A stretch of DNA of 64,000 bases from Lytechinus pictus. Lineage: Eukaryota. A model generated the notes under the pieces. It searched no databases and was not told the origin of the DNA. It saw only the letters and a list, made by a program, of their open reading frames with translations. Below are positions 38,150-48,219 of the stretch, in pieces. The first letter of the stretch is position 1; every line of letters starts with the position of its first letter. Both the position numbers and the translations under genes were made by a program. The stretch is from positions 44,952,001 to 45,016,000 of the forward strand of contig NC_087251.1 of assembly GCF_037042905.1 (NCBI RefSeq). The letters run 5' to 3'.

Positions 38150-39350
38150 CAAAAATTCACAGGAATTTCGCACACTGATATGGACAAGTTGCTCAGTACG
38201 CCCTTTGTTGCTTCCTTTCCACATTGTTGATGTTCTGATGTTCGCCCTACCTCTTCCATCTATGCTTATTTATCCCTCCATGACCTTCCTTGGAACAAGG
38301 TTGTGGACTTCATCCACAACATCCGTCTGACCAAAATTGGCATACCTCATTCTGATGAAATTGTGAAGGAAATACAAGCAGTGGCTATAGTTCTCATGAT
38401 CTTTGGAGTTTGAAGTGTTGTTTCACTCAAGCATTACCAGAATGCTTGACAATTCTTTCCAACTTGTCTCCTTCGTGAGAGATGGTAATTGAAGATCTTC
38501 TGCTGATGTGTGACATTGGCATGCCTGTAAGGTCTAAGAAAGATGTCATCCCTAAGTATGACAAATGGAAAAAATTCAAAAGTGTCCTGCCATTGTTTAG
38601 GAGTGTTGATAGATCTGGGAACCCAATACTAATGTCTTTGATGCTGTCCTTCGATTCGCAGTTGTTATAGATCTGCGCATCGGATTGTTGGTCCAATCCT
38701 CTGGTATCTTACCAAATGAACTTGTAGTTACTGATCACCAGTGCCATGTGGCCAATGCTAGTGAAACCTATATAATTGTGATATAGGCTTCCAGAGTGAG
38801 CTGGTTTCTTGATGGCCATGTGCTTGCCATCTAATGCTCCCAAAGCATGGGGTATATTCCACCTTCTTTTCGAGCCATCCTACTGGGGTTAGGGTGCATG
38901 GTAGTACTTCTTACTTGTATTCAGCTGCAGTGGCTCTGTAGACCTCGCGTACACGATTCAGATAATGTCCGCAAGGCGATGACTGTGAAGTGTAGGTATC
39001 AGCTGTTGGCATGTACCTTAACCTCATGGCCAGCTTCAGGCCTGCAGGAATAGCTCTTCCGAACTATATATACTGCTTCTGCATTCGATGATGTACTCAA
39101 TGACAGGGTCAGTCGAATATAACTGGGGTAATTCACAGGTACCTTTTGAACAACTGTAGGTCTTCAGCTTGAAGTTCTTGCTTGTGTCCAAACTGAAGCC
39201 TCCTTTCTGTTGTCACCATGTCCATGGTTTCACAAACCCTGCTGTAGCGTCTTCTTTTTTCCTTTTGAGAGCCAGGACTAGTCCTAGTTGAAGTTCATTT
39301 TTAGTGTGTATACTTAACGAACTAAAAGCAAGATGAATGGGTGTGATTGC
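38150..39350 (-). pseudogene. Decayed PIF/Harbinger (HARBI1-like DDE) transposase
   Basis: Minus-strand pieces: [64 protein letters not shown]...QSDAQIYNN; DDIFLRPY..QKIFNYHLSR; HCLYFLHNFIR. Multiple stops and frameshifts. Confidence 0.88.
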
Positions 39351-39969
39351 CATGACGCAAATAGGTACATGTACACATAAATATATTGGTGTTTAATGCC
39401 AGCACAGACCATATTTTTCACCCAACATTTACCTTTTTTAAAATTGTGCTTTTATTTTCTTTCTCTCTTCATTTCATTCAAATCCAAGTTGAATACTTAA
39501 TCAAGGGGTTTTCAGCTGTATACAAGGGGGTTAGGGGTGTACAAGAACTTTTTAGTTGGGGTTCGATTGATAGCTCTATCTGTTATATTCAATATCAGAA
39601 AGTCCAAACTGAATTTTTATTATATAATACTGTTACCTGTATCAAGAAGCTCTTCTGTCTGCACAAGAAAGATATTGTGAAGAGCATAAACAGTCTTGAA
39701 ATCCAAAATTGTGAAATTTTAGATAAGCAATGCATTTTAAACATTTCACAATCATTTTGAGAGGATTTGTTTCATTTTTAAAATTCAGTACTGAATAGCA
39801 AGAATTAAATTTTGTCTTAAATTAATGTTTTCTCTCTGCAGCAGGCACAGACTGCTATCCATGAGAGCAAAGTCCTGAAATCAAGGGTTCATCTGGAAAT
39901 CATCAGAAGTCACCCAACATGAAGCAAGCAATATGGACTAGATCAGGAGGAAGTCATTGTCATGCTGGA

Positions 39970-40167
39970 GGAATTCCATGACATTTGCTCCAGCGACAAT
40001 TGCTCTGATGTAAATTCCACACATTAAACAATTGACTAACTTCAACCCTGGGTTTAACACTATATCCCACCCTAAACCTAACATAAGACCCTATTGCAAC
40101 CCTAACCCTACATCTTACACAAATTGAAGTCCGGAGCAATTGTCGCAGGAGCAAATGTCTTGTCACC
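39970..40167. mobile_element. MITE with 6-bp TSD inserted in a STXBP4-like exon
   Basis: gctgga|ggaattccatgacatttgctcc ... ggagcaaatgtcttgtcacc|gctgga. Excision restores EEVIVMLDDGLDKL. Confidence 0.85.
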
Positions 40168-40303
40168 GCTGGATGATGGACTCGACAAGCTCATGCCAAA
40201 GGTCAAGAAAATTATCAGAAATATGCTGCAAGATCCAGTGGTAAGTTATGCAATGTGTATGATTTTTATCTCTATAGGGCATTTTAGCAGTGCATTGAAA
40301 ATA

Positions 40304-41126
40304 GGGGAAGGCAGGGTAAGTTGAGAATAGGGGCAAGTTGAGCCACCACCCCTAGGCCAATAATGAATGAGTCAGACATTGTGGTGGTGTCATGTATTGA
40401 TGACCCATTACATAACCCTTTACCCCACCACATTGTTTTCGACTTTGAAACAAAAAGTACTTTTTTAGAGGGAAAATACAAATTTCAGCCAAAAAAGTAT
40501 AAAAGGGTGTAAAATAGATCAGTGCTTTTTACCCACACATGTCTTAAAATATAATAAAGAAATAAGAACAATATTGTTGTCATAGTCTTTTACATGATGG
40601 ATGCATAAGAAATGTGCGGATGTGAAAATATCGCATTAAGTTCGGACTGGGGTACTTTGAGCCAGCCAACATGGGGCAAGTTGAGCCATGGTTATTCTTA
40701 TGGTAATGTATAATGATTAAAAAAAAACTTGAAAAGCCATTGATATGCAGGCAGAAAGGTGCAAATTCACATGACAGTTCTTTTACTTTTAGAGGATGTT
40801 AGTATTTATAGAGAATTAGAAAGTGAAAGACTTGAAATAAAAAATTGACATGCTGGTTCTTCCCGCATACATTTTGTACATAGTTTTTGTGGCTCAACTT
40901 ACCCCAGAAGGTGGCACAACTTAGCCCACAGATGGGGCAAGTTGAGCCATTTGACTTGGTATTTTTCAAAGGTCACAATGAATTTCAGTGTGGGGGTAGA
41001 AAATTATATATAGGTGAAAAATATTTCCCAAGAATAAAATTTAAAGGCAAGGTACTTATTTCTACAATATTATTAGTCATATTATTCTAACATGCAAAAA
41101 GTGTCACAACTTACCCCGCCTTCCCC
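40304..41126. mobile_element. TA-flanked MITE (Tc1/mariner-pogo-like)
   Basis: ta|ggggaaggcagggtaagttg ... caacttaccccgccttcccc|ta; internal ggggcaagttgagcc repeats. Confidence 0.8.
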
Positions 41127-41672
41127 TACTTATTTTTATGAATGGTTTGTTGGTGCAATATCAGAGCATATTTAACAATGGCCAAAATCTGATTGATTCC
41201 CCATATAGGCAACCTGCTGTGCAATGTCGGGCCTCAGGTCACCTTGATAAAAGTATTCAATTTCTTTGTGTGAGATGGTTTAATATTTGATATCAATAAT
41301 TATATTCCGTCCTGAAAGTTCACCTGAAACTTCTACTAATGATAGTAAAAGAATTGCATGTTTCCAAGTCATCAAATGTTGTTTTAGGTCAATGAACTTT
41401 GGATTATATTATCAAATAACATAATTTAATTATTCCTTTAATTTTGATTAATTGTTCATTTTGATTCCTTTTCATGAAGCTTCTATAAAGGGTCTCATTT
41501 TCAAACATAATTCTGAACCTAATCTTATCCTCACATTATTATAAACCAAATTCAGTCACTGCCTTCAATCGTATGTCTTCCATGAAACTTAGATGGGAGT
41601 GGTCTGTCACCGTAGTAACTGTTTGGTCAGCCATTGATAGGAGCTATGCATTGTATCAGGTTTCAGTACAGT

Positions 41673-42050
41673 CAGGGTGCTACAAAAGCAATTGCCCGAT
41701 TGCCCGGGACAAGTAAAGTCGGGCAAGTGTTTTGAAATAAAGACCAAAACTACTTGCCCGAATTGGACAAGCAAAATTCTCACAGTAGAATGACCAAAAT
41801 CAGGGTCGATATGATATGATATTGACCCTAATTTTGGTCATGGCAGGTAGATCAGTTCATGTCAAAAGAGAGAAAAAGGTCAATGGTTTATAAAACCGCA
41901 AAACTTTCTTTTGAAGAGGTAAAACCACTTCAAGGATTCAAGGATTTTTTCGGGCAAGTGAAATAGATTTTTGGGCAAGTATATTCCAACTATTTGAAAA
42001 TTTTCTTGCCCAACTGGGCAAGTGCTTCTAAAAAGTTATGTAGCACCCTG
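41673..42050. mobile_element. hAT MITE
   Basis: TIR cagggtgctaca / tgtagcaccctg; perfect 8-bp TSD agtacagt. Confidence 0.9.
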
Positions 42051-42421
42051 AGTACAGTGAAGTTTACTATAATAAACTTGATTACTTTTTCATCTTACAG
42101 GGACTGGAATAATTGAGTTGTTACTTTTCTTTGGTTCACAGCTTCACCTCATGGCTGAGAGGAGGCTTACACAGCTGATCGATGACAGTGCTACTTAAAG
42201 TGAGTATAGGGAAATAAAGATAGTTGCAGTTCATTTAAATAAATCTTGATTATGGAATGCCAATAATGCAATATTGAGTAATTTCAAGTTTGGTGTTAGT
42301 TTGCAAGCACGATTGCGATCACCTACCATAACACCTAATGGGACTTTATAACAAGAATGATCCAAATCACATTGTTAGCTCAACATAAAGTGAGATTTGT
42401 TCTTTAACCAGCTTCACTTAA

Positions 42422-43006
42422 AGGGGAATGAAACCTTTGGAATAAGTAGGCTTGTGTCGGAACAGAAAAGTCAAAGAATAAGAACAAAGAAAGTTTGAGA
42501 AAAATCAGACAAATAATGAGAAATTTATGAGCATTTGAATATTGCAATCACTAATGCTATGGAGATCCTCCGATTGGCAATGCGACAAGGATGTGTGATG
42601 TCACATGTGAACAACTTTCCCTTTGATGGACTATAAAATACCCTCAAAATGTCTCTTTCTGCTTGTTCTTGTGGTGATACAAACTCTTTATCTATGATGT
42701 ATTCTTTAAAAATCTGTATTACATGCCCTCCTATAGAAAGAACACATGATCTACTGATAGATGTGATAAAAGAGGCAATTTAAGTGAAATATATACTAAA
42801 GTAATGAGGAGAGTTGTTCACAAGTGACATCACACATCATTGTCGCATTGCCAATTTGAGGATCTCCATAGCATTAGTGATCGCAATATTCAAATGCTCA
42901 TAACTTTCTCATTATTTGTCCGATTTTTCACAAACTTTTGTTGATCTGTTTCTTTGATTTTTCTGTTTTCACACAAGCTATCTTGTTCCAAAGGTTTCAT
43001 TCTCCT
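42422..43006. mobile_element. Kolobok/T2-type MITE, family D
   Basis: ttaa|aggggaatgaaacctttggaa ... ttccaaaggtttcattctcct|ttag, with ~190-bp inverted arms. Confidence 0.85.
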
Positions 43007-43065
43007 TTAGCCCTATCTAGGCCGGGGTATTTTTTTGGAGTTCATATGGCTGGGGGGGGGGGGGG

Positions 43066-46000
43066 TGTTACACCCACAAATGTAATAATCGCCCACAAAT
43101 GTAATAACGCCCACAAATGTAATAACACTTTACCCACAAATGTAATAACGCCCACAAATGTAATAACACTTTACCCACAAATGTAATAATTTCGCCCACA
43201 AATGTAATAATGCACTTTACCCACAAATGTAATAATTTTTGATCGCCCACAAATGTAATAATGACTTTACCCACAAATGTAATAAATTTGAAGGGATTTT
43301 TGGCGAATCCGTTCTAAACTAAAATCCTGTAGTAATGCGTTCATAAAGCAATGGACCTATTGTAATAGGTCCATGATATAGCACAAAAGTGCAAAGTCTC
43401 TTTTCCAGACCCGGTTGTTTCAAAAATTATAATAGAAGTCCAAAGTCTTTTTTCCAGACCCGGTTGTTTCAAAAATTATAATATAAGTCCAAAGTCTTTT
43501 TTCCAGACCCGGTTGTTTCAAAAATTATAATATAAGTCCAAAGTCTTTTTTCCAGACCCATTGTTTCAAAAATTATAATATAAGTCCAAAGTCTTTTTTC
43601 CAGACCCGGTTGTTTCAAAAATTATAATATAAGTCCAAAGTCTTTTTTCTAGACCCGGTTATTTAAAAAATTAAAATATAAGTCCAAAGTCTTTTTTCCA
43701 GACCCGGTTGTTTAAAAAATTATGATATAAGTCCAAAGTCTTTTTTCCAGACCCGATTGTTTCAAAAATTATAATATAAGTCCAAAGTCTTTTTTCCAGA
43801 CCCGGTTGTTTCAAAAATTATAATATAAGTCCAAAGTCTTTTTTCTAGACCCGGTTATTTAAAAAATTATAATATAAGTCCAAAGTCTTTTTTTCAGACC
43901 CGGTTGTTTAAAAAATTATAATATAAGTCCAAAGTCTTTTTTCTAGACCCGGTTGTTTAAAAAATTATAATATAAGTCCAAAGTCTTTTTTCCAGACCCG
44001 GTTGTTTAAAAATTTATAATATAAGTCCAAACTAAGATACGATAATAATATTCCAGTGGAATGGAAATGAAACTCGAGCTTAGTCTTTTCTCCAGACCCA
44101 GTTAATCAAAACTGGTGGAATTAATGTCTTTGTTGTTGTTTTAACTTACACGGCACTTATTGTGAATATATGCGCTAAGAGTAAATTGAGAATCAAGCGT
44201 AGTGTTTTCTCCAGACCCAGTTACTTAAAACTAAAAACTAAAAACCTTTACCCACAAATGTAATAATTTCACCCCACAAATGTAATAATGCACTTTACCC
44301 ACATATGTAATAATTTTTGATCGCCCACAAATTTTAATAATGACTTTACCCACATAATTATGTTACAAAATTTGAAGGGATTTTTGGCGAATTTGTTCTA
44401 AAATAAAACCCTATAGTAATGCGTTCATATAGTGCAAAGTCACAGTCTTTTTTCTCTAGACCCGGTTATATAAAACATTTAAACAATCTTCCACAATAAA
44501 GATCCCAAAATTAATTCTTCTTATTGTTGAATAACATAGAAGTTTAGCGTAGTCTTTGCTCCAGACCCAAATATTTCAAATAGCAAATAATAAATAATAA
44601 TAAAAAAAAAAAAAAGACCCCACGACTTTATTAATGTTGAACAAAATGTAAATATAGCATAGTCATTCCTCCAGACCCAGTTATAAAAAAACTCATTCAA
44701 AAACAAAAGAACAACAACAGCAACCAAAAACAGACCCCGCCATCTTTTCAACATTGAATAGCGTGTGTTTAAGTTTCGTCAGACGTGTATCAATCAAATA
44801 TCATTATTTACGTCTGGGACCAACCTCTATCGTCACCATCCGAAACACGTGACCAGGGCTCGAACCTCGAACCTCTGCATCAATTTGTAACTTCCCCACA
44901 TAGCTTGGATTACAGGCACTCGCCACAACGCCCAGTTAGTATCGAAATATGGTGTAGTCTTTGTTCCAGCCCCGGTTATTTCACAATTGCATATCATAAA
45001 GAACACTATTAACAAAGACCCCCTATCTCATTGATGTTGAATAACTTGAAAATATAACGTAGTCTTTTTTCAAGACCCAGTTATTTTAAAATAACAAATC
45101 ATAGAAAAGATATATAATAATAATAAAACAAAGGCCCCACAGTCTTACTGATGTTGAATAACATGGAAATATAGCGTAGTCTTTCCTCCAGACCCACTTA
45201 TTTCAAAATTACAAATCATTTTTAAAAGAGTCAACAAGAAACAAAACCCCCCCTCTCTTATTAATGTTAAATAACATGGGAATATAGCGTAGTCTTTCAT
45301 CCAGACCCAGCTCTTTCAAATAACAAATGAATAATAATAATAATAAATTAATAATAATAAAAAAACAACGACCCACGATCCTATTCATGTTGAATGATAT
45401 GGAAATATAGCGTGGTCTTTTCTCAAGACCCAGTAATAAAAATCATTAAAAAACACAACAACAACAACAAAACAAAGACTCTGCAATCTTATCAACTTTG
45501 GATAGCATGGAAATATGGTGTAGTCTTTGCTCCAAACCCAGTTATTTCAAAATAGGAAATTATAAGAAACAATAAAAAGAAACAAACAGTATCAGTAAAG
45601 ACCCCACAATATCATTGATGTAGAAAAGCATTGTTGTTGTTATCTTGGATTTTAAGGCGCGTATCATATGATTATTTACGCCTATGATTAATTTGTCGTC
45701 TTTGTGGTATGTGTTATCACATGACTTTTATAGTTTGGCTCAATTTGTATTTTTAAGAGAACCGGGTGTGGGGTAAAGACAACACTCTAAACCCAAGCAT
45801 TTTAACTGGGTTTAATTTTGAAGATTGGTCTTAGCCTAGATTTTTTTTCAATGATTGTTTATCTTTTAAATAACCGGGTCTAGATAGAAAGACTAATCAT
45901 AATACTCTGGTTATTCCACAGGAATAAGAATATGACAAAGTTTTATGTTTTTAAGATTGTTTAAATCATTTTTTAAATGACTGGGTCTGGAATAAAGACA

Positions 46001-48219
46001 ACGCTCTAAACATGTGCTTTTTTACATGGTCTTAATTTGGAGGATTGATGGTTCTTAGATTCGTTGTTGGGGGTTGGGTTTTTTATTGCTTTTTTATTCT
46101 TGAAATAACTGTGTCTGGAGGAAATTCTACAATCGATCTTCATGTTATTCCACAGTAATTAGATTATTGGGTATTCGTTTTAAAATATTTGTAAAAACTA
46201 TTTTATTTTTTCAAATAATAACCAACTCTTGAAAAAAGATGATTGCTTTACCCATGCATTATTACAATGTTTTGTAGGGGTCTTTATTATAAAAAAAAAA
46301 ATGGGTGTGGGGTAAAGACATTTTTTTCTGGGTGTAACTTTTGAAAATTGGTCTTAGATTTGAAGTATTTTTAAATTTCATTTTTTAAATAACTGGGTCT
46401 GGAGGAAAGAGTACGTTTTGAATCTCGTCTTATTCCACAAGAATAAGAATATGATAGGGTCTTACGTTAGAAGATTTTTTTTTGGGGTAATATTTTCAAT
46501 GATTAGGTCTGGAATAAAGACAACGTTCTTAACCTCTTTTTAAAACAGGTTCTTAGGTTGAAGGATTGCTTGGTCTTATATTTGTAGTTTTTTATTATTA
46601 CTATTTGCGATATTTTGAAAAAAATAACTGGGTCTGGCTGAAAGACTACTCTATATGTCCATGTTATCCATCATTAACAAGATTATGGAGTCTTTATACT
46701 GTTTTTGTTGTTGTATTGTTATTTATAATTTTGGAATAACATGGTTTAGAGAAAAGACTAAGCTCAATTTTCATTTTTATTCCACTGGAATATCATTATG
46801 GTATCTTAGTTTGGACTTATATTATGATTTTTGAAAAAACCGGGTCTGGAAAAAAGATTTTGGACTTATATTATACTTTTTTACTCAAACAGGTCTGGAA
46901 AAAAGACTTTGACTTTTATTATAATCTTTTAATTAACCGGGTCTGGAAAAAAGACTGCACTTTTGTGCTATATGAACGCATTACTATAGGGTTTTAGTTT
47001 TTAGTTTTAAGTAACCGGGTCTGGAGAGAAGACTACGCTTGGTTCTGAATTTACTCTCAGCGCATATATTCACAATACGCGCCGTATAATTAAAAAGAAA
47101 AAAAGACATTTATTCCACCAGCTTTAATTAACTGGGTCTTGAGAAAAGACTAAGCTCGTTTCTCATTTTTATTCCACTGGAATAGCATTATCGTATCTTA
47201 TTTTGGACTTATATTATAATTTTTGAATTAACCGGGTCTGGAAAAAAGATTTTACACTTTTGTGCTATATGAACGCATTACTATAGGGTTTTAGTTTTTA
47301 ATTTTAAGTAACTGGGTCTGGAGAAAAGACTACACTTGATTCTCAATTTACTCTTTGCGCATATATTCACGATATGCGCCGTATTAGTTAAAACCACAAC
47401 AAGACATTAATTTCACAAGTTTTAATTAACTGGGTCTGGAGAAAAAACTAAGCTCGATTCTTATTTTTATTCCACTTGAATATCATTATCGTATCTTAGT
47501 TTGGACTTATATTATAATTTTTGAAACAACCGGGTCTGGAAAAAAGACTTTGGACTTATATTATAATTTTCGAAACAACCGGGTCTGGAAAAAAGACTTT
47601 GGACTTATATTATAATTTTTAAAATAACTGGGTCTGGAAAAAAGACTTTAGACTTATATTATGATTTTTTAAACAACCGGGTCTGGAAAAAAGACTTTGG
47701 AATTATATCATAATTTTGGAAACAACCGGGTCTAGAAAAAAGACTTTGGACTTATATTATAATTTTTGAAACAACCGGGTCTGGAAAAAAGACTTTGGAC
47801 TTATATTATAATTTTTTAATCAACCGGGTCTGGAAAAAAGACTTTGGACTTACATTATAATTTTTTAATTAACCGGGTCTGGAAAAAAGACTGCACTTTT
47901 GTGCTATATCATGGACCTATTACAATAGGTCCATCGCTATATGAACGCATTACTACAGGATTTAAGTTTAGAACAGATTCGCCAAAAAATCCCTTCAAAT
48001 TTATTACATTTGTGGGTAAAGTCATTATTACATTTGTGGGCGATCAAAAATTATTACATTTGTGGGTAAAGTGCATTATTACATTTGTGGGTGAAATTAT
48101 TACATTTGTGGGTAAAGTGTTATTACATTTGTGGGCGTTATTACATTTGTGGGTAAAGTGTTATTACATTTGTGGGCGTTATTACATTTGTGGGCGTTAT
48201 TACATTTGTGGGTGCAACA
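43066..48219. mobile_element. Non-autonomous foldback transposon with modular tandem-repeat TIRs
   Basis: TGTTACACCCACAAATGTAATAA ... TTATTACATTTGTGGGTGCAACA, flanked by G runs. Mirrored 17-24-bp outer repeats, a 49-bp satellite (13 left, 8 right copies) and ~120-bp inner repeats. Confidence 0.85.
44766..44936 (-). mobile_element. SINE-like insert with a 7SL (SRP Alu-domain)-derived head
   Basis: Minus strand ACTGGGCGTTGTGGCGAGTGCCTGTAATCCAAGCTA matches human 7SL nt 1-36 (as recalled) at 29/36, followed by B-box-like GGTTCGAGCCC. It interrupts one host repeat unit. Confidence 0.65.

Noticed and set aside
40066..40110. Telomere-like CCCTAA repeats
   Set aside because: A few degenerate units internal to the 39970-40167 MITE, not a telomeric array.
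44901..44936. Human Alu contamination or a full 7SL gene
   Set aside because: Similarity ends after ~45 nt with no Alu body, A-tail or S domain. Substitutions are compensatory and the flanks are contiguous host repeat.
44400..46800. Regularly spaced short repeats resembling a CRISPR array
   Set aside because: Eukaryotic context, no cas genes, and the 'spacers' are homologous to each other. They are diverged ~120-bp tandem units of the foldback element.
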